From: Minutocellus sp. GHC0000111
Lineage: Eukaryota
Assembly: GCA_977018835.1 (NCBI GenBank)
Contig: OZ361261.1
Coordinates: 1,240,001-1,304,000 of the forward strand
Reading direction: 5' to 3'
Length of the DNA: 64,000 nt
Shown here: positions 25,165-35,898 of the stretch, one piece after another
Numbering within the stretch: the stretch's first letter is position 1
How the letters are laid out: each line of letters begins with the position of its first letter
Translations under genes and position numbers: made by a program
The notes under the pieces: generated by a model
Databases searched by the model: none
What the model was told of the DNA's origin: nothing
The model's input: only the letters and a program-made list of their open reading frames with translations

Positions 25165-25827
25165 CTTGATACCGACGATTTTGAATGCGGTACCTACGAG
25201 GTCGCGGACAGCAGTTTCAGGGACCCGGTTTTCGGGTCTTTGGGCAAAATCTCATAAAAATCAGCACAAACGCACGCAGCAAGCAGCATTTATTTGCTGT
25301 CGTCCTGTCTTCAAGATGGCGGTGACGGCAGTGCCGACGGCATCCGCTTCACGCAAGGGATAAGCGTGGTATCTCCAGAACGGGTTGGTCCTTGACCTTG
25401 GACCGACTCGGAGATATCGATTTCATCTTCCCATGCCAGCGTCTGGCCGATTCACCCCATCCATCGCCCCTCCCGACTTCTGCCAGTTTTTCCGATGACA
25501 ACCGGTCACCTCCTCCACCTCCCGACCCCACCACCACCTCCCAAATGCATTGATTCAAGTAGCCATATGGTTTGAGCTCCGATATCGGTCTCCATGGTCC
25601 CCATAATGGCGTATCTTATGCGGTCCGGGTGACCCCGCGCCAAAATCGAGCGGGCCAAAAAAATCATCACCCGCCCGGCGCGCCCGCCACACTCAATGAA
25701 AAACCTTCCTCATTTCCAACCCACCCGACATACAAACTGTTGCTCTACTGCCACAAAATACTGCATCCAACACCATATTAATGCAAATGGCTGTTACTAC
25801 TGCTGCCACCGCAGCTGATGCGCCAGC

Positions 25828-27433
25828 ATGTCGCCGCTCCCGTCGGTCCGGCAGCTCTCCATCCCATGCTTTGATCACTTTGTCCATCGGAGCGGCACCA
25901 TCGATGCCTCTACGATTCGTGGCAAGTCTCCTGGGATGATCCAGACCATAGCGAACCGGGCATGGGCGGGCCTCTCACTTCAGAAACAGCAGGATGTTAT
26001 GGAGCAAGCCCGAGAGGAGGAGCTGTGCTGTCCGCCGAGCCAGACCGGTCCTGATCCGGCACAAGATGTGCCGATTTCTCAAATTCAAATTGCTCGGCGC
26101 AATTCGTCATCCAATAACGCCGATGCCAGCCCTGAGCCGACGGTCGAGGACAATGCTGGTATCGCTGCTCGTCCTGGTGATGATAATATCGAAGCTGGGG
26201 GCATCGCCGAGTCCATGGTGGTGGATGGAAGCGGCAACAGTGAAGAATCTGGCAATCCTGCCAGTGTCGGTGTTTCTGCTACCGGCACCGCCAATTCTGG
26301 TGGATCGACCGAGGAGAATTTGGATGTGCTGCTGGTTGAGGCCGAAGCGCAATACAAAGCTGCAGAGGAGGCTTTGAAAGGGCTAAGGGATGCCTTGAAA
26401 CGAGAAAAGCGGAAGGAAGGATGAAAAGGCCATGGCCGATGCCGAGAAGAAAAGGAACAAAATGAAGGATGAGAACGGCAATTTACCGAATGGAAAGAAG
26501 CGAGTTCTCCTCGTGCATTACGATGAGAAATGGTTCTGGGGTCTCGTCCTCCGAGCTTTTGCGAAGGCTTGCGAGGAAATCGGCTTGAAAAAGCGAGATT
26601 ACGCGGCCTTTCACAGGAGCCACATCAACAAGGTCATGGCCATTGCATTTGTTGCCGCTGTCTTTGACGGTTCTCTTGAGAGTGGGTGCGAGGTTGTAAA
26701 ACTGCCACTGGTACGAGCTCAAGCTCCTAAAATAGCGGAGCGAGCTCAGTACGAAGCAGCATCACAGCCTGATGGTTCAATACGGTACCCAAATACCAAC
26801 CCCGATGGGACACCAAAGGAACCTCTTCGCCGGAAAGGAGAGTCGTTTCTTGTTGATTGTTGCGTTACTGGATCGAACGAAGGCACCAAAAAGGATCCGA
26901 AATGCTCTTTGCTCCTCGTATTCAAGGAGACTGTTTTCCCAGCGATTCTCAACCTTGTCGGTCCGGGCAAGCAATACGAAGATTGCCATGTTATTATCCA
27001 GGGCGACCAGGCCGGGCCTCACGAGGACGGAACCTTCACGCAATTTGTTACTAACTTCTGTGCTGAGCAAGGCTGGACGTGGCAGCCACAGGCACCGCAG
27101 ATGCCTCACGCCAACGTCCTTGACTTGAGCGTGATCCCCGCGATGAGCCGGCGGCACTCGGAATGGGCACGAAAAATGGTAGGCACCTCCGTCATTTCCA
27201 CCGACCAGATCTGGGACACTGCCGAGGACGTTTACGATAGCATGCCTAACTGCAAAATTGCTTCGGCCTTCATTCAGTACTGGAGGATAATGGGCCTGGT
27301 GATTAAGGCCGGTGGTAGCAATGAGTTTGTTGGAAGGTTGGGTGACGAAAACTTGCACACTGGAATTAGGATCGACTTCAACGAAACGGCCAAGGGGATG
27401 GAGCCCTCAGCTCGTCATCCTTCTAATAAATAG
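25828..27433 (+). CDS. DD38D transposase, split into ORFs 25828-26424 and 26432-27433 by an apparent 4-bp duplication
   Basis: HYDEKWF, IIQGDQAGPH and QAPQMPHANVLDL motifs; 38 residues between the 2nd and 3rd Asp. Removing one GAAG at 26411-26420 gives REKRKDEKAMADAEKK. Confidence 0.85.
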
Positions 27434-27528
27434 ATAGTGTTAATGTCTTTACACATGTATTAAATAAATGTTACACGTCTACAAATTATTTATAGATCTA
27501 CATGTAAGATGCAGCAGCATTGGTTTGT

Positions 27529-28665
27529 TTATGTCACGGTGGGCTTCTTTGTTCTTCTATTTCTACCGGTATTCTTTTTTGCCTCCTTGGCCTTCTTATG
27601 ATCATTAGAAAGCCACACAGCGTGGAGGGACTGACGAATCTTTCCGCGCTTCACACCATATGCATCGGCAAGTTTATTGTCAGTGAGGGCAGGGTGGGCA
27701 GTTGGTTGTTTACTCCCATCCTCATATCCCAACTTATATGCATCTAATGCAATCTTGTCAGTAGATAATGCAATAGAGAATTCTATTGTCTTGTTATCAT
27801 ACAATCCGAGTTCTCTGCTTCTCCACCCTTTCGGGTAGGCACCACGACCCTCTCTTACTTGGCGATCGACTTCGATCATGCCTAGCACTGTGGTGACCGC
27901 GACCTCGCTACCCCAACCAGGAACTTGTTTGAAGGGGAGGTAGACCCCTTTCTCTTTTCTTCTTGGTTCGGGCCTCTGACTACATGTGGGTGACTTGTAG
28001 TTCTTTATATCTTGTGGTAGTGGTGCTTCTCCGTACGTCAAAAAGCACGCAAGCCTCCGATGTTCCTCAACCTCTCGTTCAATCTGTCGTTCGGTTGGTT
28101 CGGTTGGAGGCAAGGGCTCCAAGATGGTAGGGGATGACAATTGAAGGTTGCTGAACGACGGGCATGAGCGGCTTGGGGTAAGAGCATACTGAGTATGAAC
28201 TGACATTGGACTTGTTACCATCGGCGTGGCGGAGGGAAGGTCGAATGAGCTCACGGGCTTTCTCCTCTCGCCGCTTGGCTTGGCGTCGGCGGTTGCTATG
28301 CTCATCTCTGAGAATGAATCATCTTCATCAGAATGAGATGAAACGGTAGCGGTACCGCGAAAGTCGGCACGCAATATGTCATGATGCAAGTACTTCCTTG
28401 CTTGGGCTTGTTCGGCGGCGAAGCCATCCTCTTCGTTGTACTCGCGTCGATATTTCAACACACGAGGAGATGTGAGGTCTGACGATGCCGGTGGGACCCC
28501 TTGGTTGTCCTCCTCGTCATCGTTGTCCTTGTTCTCTCGATACCGCGGATGTTCCGGCGTTTCGTTGGAAGTTTCCTTCTCATGGCGCGAGGGGCTGAAT
28601 GCAGTCGCCTCGGCGCGTTTCGGTGGACGCGGTGGACTGAAGATGTGTCCCTTTGGAGTATCCAT
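27529..28665 (-). CDS. Transposon-borne hypothetical protein with C-terminal HTH-like motif
   Basis: Intact 378-aa ORF from ATG 28665, wholly inside the TIRs; TDNKLADAYGVKRGKIRQSL followed by a basic tail. Confidence 0.6.
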   Translation of the reverse strand: MDTPKGHIFSPPRPPKRAEATAFSPSRHEKETSNETPEHPRYRENKDNDDEEDNQGVPPASSDLTSPRVLKYRREYNEEDGFAAEQAQARKYLHHDILRADFRGTATVSSHSDEDDSFSEMSIATADAKPSGERRKPVSSFDLPSATPMVTSPMSVHTQYALTPSRSCPSFSNLQLSSPTILEPLPPTEPTERQIEREVEEHRRLACFLTYGEAPLPQDIKNYKSPTCSQRPEPRRKEKGVYLPFKQVPGWGSEVAVTTVLGMIEVDRQVREGRGAYPKGWRSRELGLYDNKTIEFSIALSTDKIALDAYKLGYEDGSKQPTAHPALTDNKLADAYGVKRGKIRQSLHAVWLSNDHKKAKEAKKNTGRNRRTKKPTVT

Positions 28666-29223
28666 GAGTATGGAAGCTTCTTGAAGCGCCAGTCGGCAGA
28701 AGTTGCCCAGTCTATTTGTGGTAATTGCTTGGAGGTCGGTTGTTGACGGATGTGTTTTGATTTGCTTGCTTTGCCGCGTGTTTTTCAAGGTGCGCCGCCG
28801 TGTCGGAAAGTCCAAAGACCCAAAAAACCGGGTCCCCGAAATTGCTGTCCCGGACCTCGTAGACGGAGTCTCGGCTCCGGCATCCGGGTTACCTTGACCA
28901 AGGTTTGCAGGCACCTGCCAAAGATCCCAGCTCAAGGCAGGCTAAAATCTAAGCAAGCTGTGACAACAGAGAAGAAACTGAATGTCGCAACTGGACATCC
29001 TAAATGGACGTCCATGTGTGACAAATAGGCCTTCCTGCTTTGAGCCTCAATCCTGCTTGGGCGAAACATCGCTGCAATCAGCGTGGTCGACCAAGCCACA
29101 ATCATCAGAGAGATTGTCCTCTCTGCTGCTAAAAAAAAGTAAAAGCAATCAACAACCTTCGTACTAGTGCACCTGTTCGCTATCCTCTTTTGTTTGGCCC
29201 ACAACACGAGATGCCGAAACAAC

Positions 29224-30206
29224 CTCACCTCCTAAGCAATTCTTGACCTCGTCGGCTGGGCAATTGCTTAGTTTCAGAGAGCTTTGTCAGCAGCACACAC
29301 ATGTGCGCCCATGCAGGTGCTGCTGTTAGCAGTCGATCCAGTCACAAGGAGATGATTTGATTGACCGGGACGGGACCATCACGTTCCGGGACACCCCGAT
29401 GTTTCTAAGCGCGATGACTCTGTGCGCGACGCGATGCAGGAAGGGCAGAAAGTGGAGATTGAGGCTGTAAGTGGCCTCGCACAAAAGGGGACGAATTAGC
29501 GCAGCGCTTGACGCGCTGATCGACAGCTAGCTTTGTGCCGGCCATCTGCCCAGAGATAAAATTGAACAGGCCACAAAGCACAGTCTGGTCCCTCTCTCCG
29601 CAGGGTGCTTCATTGAAGTTCCGCGGGAGCCCGAATCTTGGCTGAGACGTGTGGAACACCGCGGAACGAAAGCAGCAGCAGCAAAAGGCGGCATTGAATG
29701 CCGCTTCATTTTTTATCTTTCTTGATCATTTTGAGTCGCTTCTGACTCGCATTTCATTCGGAGAAAAACAAGCAGGCGAAGCAAGTGTTCCCTTGCTTCT
29801 CCTGCATTAAGAGAGAGGAGGTGCTTTAGCTCATAATTTTCAGAATTGGATTTTTGCGAAGGCAAGTTCCAAGATAATTTTTAGGTAAGCAAATTTGGTG
29901 TCAATTGCTGAGTAACTTTATTGTCTATCGCAGGCAATAGTCCAGCATGTTGCAGTGAGGAGGAAGCCAACATTGGTGTCAATCTATGCGCTTGGTCTGT
30001 TGGTAAGCTGGAGTGAGAATATTTCCACCTTTCTCGCCTTTACTAGCTAACAATTAGATCTACTACGTAGTAATTTAATTTAGCATCTGCCACGTCATCA
30101 GTGCATAAGCAATTGCTTAGCTCTGACCCCAAATTTTTGGAGGTCGTAAGCAATTTTTTTTGACCTCGGGCCAAGAATGCAATTGCTTATAGGTGAGAAC
30201 GGACTG
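29224..30206. mobile_element. Non-autonomous Tc1/pogo-like element, right TIR intact, left end degenerate
   Basis: ...AATTGCTTATAGGTGAGAACGGACTG|TA at 30206; CTCACCTCCTAAGCAATT at 29224; many internal AAGCAATT/AATTGCTT motifs. Confidence 0.6.
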
Positions 30207-30233
30207 TAGCATTTTGGGGGAGATGTCGTGCTA

Positions 30234-30410
30234 CAGTCCGTTCTCACCTATAAGCAATTGGTAATTGCTTAGGTGAGGGCTGAGATTCTGAGCATGTTGC
30301 TTATTCTAAGAGCTAATTGGTACCTCATTCGCATGTTATTCCTTATTCCAAAATAAGCAATTTGAGACCTCGGGCCCGAGTCTCAATTGCTTATAGGTGA
30401 GAACAGACTG
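30234..30410. mobile_element. 177-bp MITE, TA-flanked, CAGT-starting 27-bp TIRs (same family as 29224-30206)
   Basis: TA|CAGTCCGTTCTCACCTATAAGCAATTG ... CAATTGCTTATAGGTGAGAACAGACTG|TA, one mismatch. Confidence 0.9.
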
Positions 30411-31306
30411 TAGTCTACGTACGTAGCTAGCATAACAAGAAAAGTCCTCGGTGCATGTGATCCTCGATGGCTGGGGTAGCGTCCTTCGGGATCTTCTTAC
30501 ACACAGGACTCATCGAGACTCATCGGTCGCGTACACGTGTGTTGTCGTCCCAGACGGATGGATGTGGTCCTCCGTTACATGTAGCTAGCTACGTAGCTAG
30601 AAGAGGAGAACGGCAAGGTGCTGGGCGGCAGGGATGCTAAAAAGAAGGTGTGACGCTGGTCTGCCAGGCTCTCAAGTGCTACGGCTTCAAGTGGCTTCGC
30701 ACCAAGCCCCGCCCGCACCATCCCTTTGGCCACGTCGATGCTCTCAATCCGAGGGACCTGTCCAACGAGCAGATTCAATTCCTCCAAAAGCTGGGATCGA
30801 TGGATGGTCTCATGTCTAACATGCTTCACCATTGTGGTTTTCCATCGGTGCCGATCTGCACCAACGGGCTCATCACCTGGCTCAGACAGCTCCCTCCCGA
30901 GGAGTGAGCCCTTGACTACGTAGCTACTAGCTAGTCTAGTCTAGCTAGTAGAACGCTCCAGACAACACGAGCTTCGTGTGCATGCCGAAATGGGACCCTG
31001 GTGGCGCCCGTTTTCATCGAGTGGTACCTATGTCTAGGAAGATGTACTGAGATCATGATTGGTGTGAAGAAATAAACAAATAATGTCAAATAAAAGGGGT
31101 CTAATCAAATTCAGAATACTCTAGCTACAGGAACTACTTCCATTACTTCCATTCGAGTAGGAGGCAACCCTGCCACCTACAGGTACGTACTAATGCGATC
31201 GCACTTCCTTGCTCGGGCAGTCACAGCACGTTTAGATCAAAATCATCACGCGTCGCATGCCCGTTCTACATGTATCCCCGTTGGTGTTTGTAGGCATGCG
31301 CATAAT

Positions 31307-32122
31307 TTACGAGCCCCACATGATCCAGTACTTGTGAGGTCCGACCTTGTCGATGCCCTCAAAGAAGACGGCATCGACATCGTCGTCGGGTTCAAACTTG
31401 GCCATGGCGTATGCCAGATCCCGGACGGTGAAGTGCTTACCGTTGGGGGCCTGGAAGGTCTGGCTGTTGCCGTACTCCTCGTCGGAGGAGCACTCGTCCT
31501 CTCCTTCTCCCTCGACGACCCAATCCACGTCCCGGGTCAGGGTGATGGATGGGAAGGGGTAGGCCACCCTGTTCAACTCCTCGTCGGTGAGTTTGGCAGC
31601 AGTACCATCGCCACCATCGGTGCGCTTCTCGAGGCTGTCCTTCTTTCCTCGGTAGAAGATGAGGCCATTGAAGAAGCTGGACACCCTGTCGACCGGGCGG
31701 CGCTTATTGGACTTGTCGTCGTCATTCTCCCCCTTCTCTTCCTCCTCCTCGTCACTGCCGTCATCGTCGCCATCATCACCATCAGACTCATGGCCAGACT
31801 TTGCCTTGCTGGCGGCCATCTCCTGCTCCGTCTTTTCACTCAAGCGCTCGAGCCGAGCGGCCAGTGCACCCCCCTCCTTGACGAGAGCATCCAGCTCCTC
31901 GGCAGCCTGCACCTGCTGGGCAAGTGCTTTGGCTCGATCCTCCGATTTCTTGGCCACATCTCCCTCATCATCCTTGGAGCCGGCCGCGGCGGCGTCCTCC
32001 GTCGTCTTGGCCTTCTTGGCGGGGGGTCCTTCCCTGGCACCGGCCTCGCGCTGGGCCCGGACCCTGGCCACCTCCTCCTTCTCTCCTCGTTCGTTCTCCA
32101 TAATTGCTCCGCCTCTCTGCAT
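31307..32122 (-). CDS. Hypothetical protein: coiled-coil/acidic N-terminus and compact C-terminal domain ending FFEG...WGS
   Basis: Codon-biased ORF; APNGKHFTVRDL...DAVFFEGIDKVGPHKYWIMWGS*. Start uncertain. Confidence 0.7.
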   Translation of the reverse strand: MQRGGAIMENERGEKEEVARVRAQREAGAREGPPAKKAKTTEDAAAAGSKDDEGDVAKKSEDRAKALAQQVQAAEELDALVKEGGALAARLERLSEKTEQEMAASKAKSGHESDGDDGDDDGSDEEEEEKGENDDDKSNKRRPVDRVSSFFNGLIFYRGKKDSLEKRTDGGDGTAAKLTDEELNRVAYPFPSITLTRDVDWVVEGEGEDECSSDEEYGNSQTFQAPNGKHFTVRDLAYAMAKFEPDDDVDAVFFEGIDKVGPHKYWIMWGS

Positions 32123-32557
32123 TGATGAGTGACAGTGCGGCGACACTGTTTTTCGCATTCGCTTCGCTCGTATGAAAGCTGCTGCTGGCCGCAGGAGGGC
32201 CCTCTTGAAATCGAAAAGCAGAGCAAGCTGATGGAAGATTTGCCTGCGTATTGCAAGTCGCATCTCATTTTTTGCAGCAGCTCACGGCACCATGAGATTT
32301 CTCGCCTTAGCCGCCGCGCCGCCGCGACGCGACGCGACGGCTACGGGCGGTGTATCGAGCGATGGTCGTGCGTGCGTCGTCCGTCACCGCTCCGCCGCCC
32401 TAAGTCAGTATCGAGGGCATCGAGGGCTTACCTGGCAGGTCTCCTCTCCCTGTTTGTTGGGTTGGAAATACAGAGAGTCTCTCTCTTGCGCCGACTTTGT
32501 TTTGAATTGCATTGATTTGATTTGCACACGGCTTTTTTTCTTGCAAGCGAAGCAAGC

Positions 32558-32809
32558 ATGCCGCCAACCGCAACCACCTCCGACGACGAGCGCATGGCCG
32601 ACGCCGTGGCCGCCGACGAGGCGGCCGAGGCGGCAGCTACTGCAGCAAATGCTGCGGAAGCCGCTGGAGATGAAGCTGCTCCCACGCCTGCGAGTGCGGG
32701 CAATGCGAGCGGTGCCAGCTCGGCCGCCGGGGGAGATTCCACCGAGGAGGAGGAGGAAGACGACGACGACGACAATAGCAACGATGGCGATAGCAACGCG
32801 TCGTCGGAT

Positions 32810-32842
<33 letters not shown>

Positions 32843-35818
32843 AATGAAAGCAGCGGGAGCAACGAGGACGAGCCGATGGAGGTCGAGGCAGTCCCTGCCG
32901 AAGATCAGGACGATGACGACGATGGAACAACTAGTGCGACCCAAGGGAGCAGCTCCGGTATATCCGCTGCTAAACCTGCTGCCGTTGCAGTTGTGCCTGC
33001 GCCGGCGGTAGTATCCGTGGTGCCTGCAAAGGAAGAACAGCAGCAGCAGCAGCAGCAGCAGCGGAAGATGACGCCCAAGATGCGGATCAAGCTCAGCCTC
33101 AAGGCCAAGGCAGCCGCGGCGGCTTCGGAGCACTTCCCCCCTCCGTCTTCGAATGCCGTGGATTCCAAGTCCGCAAAAGCGGCTTCCGTTGCGGGTGGTA
33201 GCGAGAAGAAAGTGGCACCTACCAGCACCAATACCGACAAGACCAAGGCGGCAACAGCAACGGCCGATGTTGGCGACGACGATGACGTGGTCATGGCCGA
33301 GGCTCATGTTGGAGGTGAGGATGAGAACGACGATGAGGAGGTCATCGCCACGGCCGAGATTGTCGAAGAGGTACCATCCGCAACGGATGCAAAGACCTCG
33401 GACGCCAAGAGCAAGTCCAAGCCCACCTCTTCCACTACTTCTACAAATAACAAACTGGTGGAGAGCCATCCCCTCCACAAGCCATCCCGCCAGCGGGCTC
33501 CGCCACCGTCGCTGTCCCGTCCCCAGTCCAAGAATCCCCAGCTGGCCTACACCTCGGCCGCCGGGCAGGGGGGAGGATATCATTCCCGAGCCATGCGCTT
33601 CCCCTCGATTCTCAGTCCGGGCATGCTGGCCGTCCCCAACCATTCCAACAACGTCGGCACCACCGTCTGCGATACCGATGCGTACAAGATGCTCCACGGC
33701 AAGGAGGGTACCAAGTCCGATGCAGAGGGTGCAACTGGTGGTGGCAGTGGTAGTGGTGGTGGTGGTGGTGGTGGTGGTGATACCCACGAGGATCCCTACG
33801 AAAAGTACATCACGGCCGATTCGGTGTTTGCGCATTACATGGGGGTGCAGGGGTACACGCCGGAGTCGCGCACGACCAACCCCCATCGGGGCAGCAGCAT
33901 CCAACGGACCGTGGGGGACATGTTCGACAACGACGTTGTGAGCAGCATCAACTTTCCCAACCTGCTGCCAGACTATCTCAGGAGGGCGCCAAAGAAGGGC
34001 AGTGGCAAGAACAGTCTTGCGCCTGGCAAAGAGAAAGTGACTGTGACCACTCCTGAAACGACGGCGCCGACAAAAGATGGTCAATCCTCAGCAGCAGGTG
34101 CAACCGGCACCACTATAACCCCAAGTGATGTGTCCCCCACAAGCGAGACGCCTGCCAAGAGCGAGATGCCCAAGAAGAGTGAAGGATCACCTGCCAAGGT
34201 GAAGATGGATGTAATGGATATGCTCAAGTCAACCCTAACCTCCGTCCTCGAGAAGCGCAAGGCGGCGTCAAAGGGTGTTCAGCAGGGAGCCGCGAAACGA
34301 TTCCGTCCTCTCCAATTCCAGGATATGGTGCCCGTCTCTCTGACATTCCCGTATCCGGAAGAGTACACCAAGGCACGAATCGAATATGCCCGCAAGGTGA
34401 AAGAGCGCGAGGATGCCATCGCACAGGATCAGGTAGCCTCGCAATCAGCCGCGGATATCATGGAAAACTACAACCGCGAGAAGGTCAAGTGGGAGGAGAA
34501 ATTGACGCAGTGGGAGAAGGACAAGGCCGAGCACAAGGAAAAAGTGGCCGCATGGGAAAAGGACCAGATCGAACGCAAGGAGCGGTTGGCGCAGTGGGAG
34601 AAGGGTCGGGCCGAGGTGGAAGCCGCCGCTGCTGCATTGGCGAAAAAATGTACATCGCCCAAGAATAGCGAGTTGTCGCCAAGTAAGGAAACCGATACGC
34701 TGGGCAAAGAAAAGAAGGAAGATGAAGATGCACCAGCAAAATCCAGTGATGAACCACCCGCACCTAATACTCCTGCCACCGACTCAAAAGTCGCCCCATC
34801 TGGTGATGACGATGATAAGAAGCAGGCCGAAGAAGAACCAGTGCTTGGTCCTCCAAGACCACAGACGCCTCCCCAGCCCACGGAGCCCATCCTACCACCC
34901 CTCCCGGCACCGGTTTCTATCCCTCCCATCCCTGTAAGCCCGAGTCCCCCCAGTTGGATCGACTCCAATGGTACCGAGGGTGAAAGTGCCAAAGCCAAGG
35001 GATTTCAACGCCCATCGCCGGAAACGCTGAAGCGCTACGCCACACATCTAGCTCACCTCGATCCGGCCACCTACTTGTCTACAGTTCCCACCCCAAGAGC
35101 CCGGTATGTTGGTCTGTCATCGAATTCCATCGCCGATGCCAATTTCGTTGGGCCTGCAGCTCACGGCATTGCTGGTATCGGTCTTGGACTTGGCTCTGGA
35201 TTGAGCACGGCCTACACCGGAGCCTCAGGAGGCCAGGGCGGTGGCGGTCTCCACTCCAGCAGTTACTACGAGGGTCTCAAGCGCTTTGCGGACCATATGG
35301 GCTATTCGGATGTCAGTAAAGTGTCTCCTGCAAAGAAGAAGAAGAGCAGTAGTAGCAGTGGCAGCAGTCCAAACGACGCGAATAAGGAGAAGGGCAAAGA
35401 AGGAAAGCCAAAATTGCCAAAGATCAAGCTCAAGATGCCCTCGCTGCCTCCCGGGCCAAAGGGGGAAGGCATTTCGAGTTCGGAACTCAAAAGTCTGTTC
35501 GAAACAGGCGGGCAAGCTGCAGAGGACATGCGAGTGACTATCATCAAGGCGACCATTTATGCCGCGCGCGTCGGAGAAGCTGCCGGCGACAAATTTGTTG
35601 GCAGCGATGGCAGGGTTTACGATGGCGTTGGGAAAGCCTTTAGCAATTTTGCCGGAATCAAGCCTTGCGAGCGTTGTAGGAAGAGTAAGCAAGGTGCCTT
35701 GATGTGCCGAGTTCGAAGAAAGCACAAGGATGAAGACTACGACGGAGGGAAATCTGCGGGCGAGCTCCAGCAATATTTCAAGGCAAACTTAAAGACTTTG
35801 ATCCGAAAGGAGTCGTAA
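32558..35818 (+). CDS. Large low-complexity, probably nuclear protein with C-terminal CxxC-x8-C-x5-H motif
   Basis: 1086-aa ORF with acidic, polyQ and polyG tracts, KIKLK motifs and KPCERCRKSKQGALMCRVRRKH. Confidence 0.8.
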
Positions 35819-35898
35819 TTTAGTAAGCCGATAATAACATAGCAACTTCTTTGAACAAAATTGTACCTAATAGCAGGCATAGTCATTTATTCATTTGC

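Larger units (their letters stand above)
25197..28859. mobile_element. Tc1/mariner-superfamily DNA transposon, 3663 bp, imperfect ~47-bp TIRs, TA duplication, two convergent coding regions
   Basis: Left end TA|CGAGGTCGCGGACAGCAGTTTCAGGGACCCGGTTTTCGGGTCTTTGG; right end reverse complement TA|CGAGGTCCGGGACAGCAATTTCGGGGACCCGGTTTTTTGGGTCTTTGG; DDD transposase inside. Confidence 0.9.

Noticed and set aside
30180..30260. Long hairpin as an ncRNA or miRNA precursor
   Set aside because: Fully explained by two adjacent TIRs of the same MITE family.
30650..30907. 85-aa ORF between palindrome clusters
   Set aside because: No ATG start and no recognisable motif; possibly a gene fragment but not supportable as a CDS.
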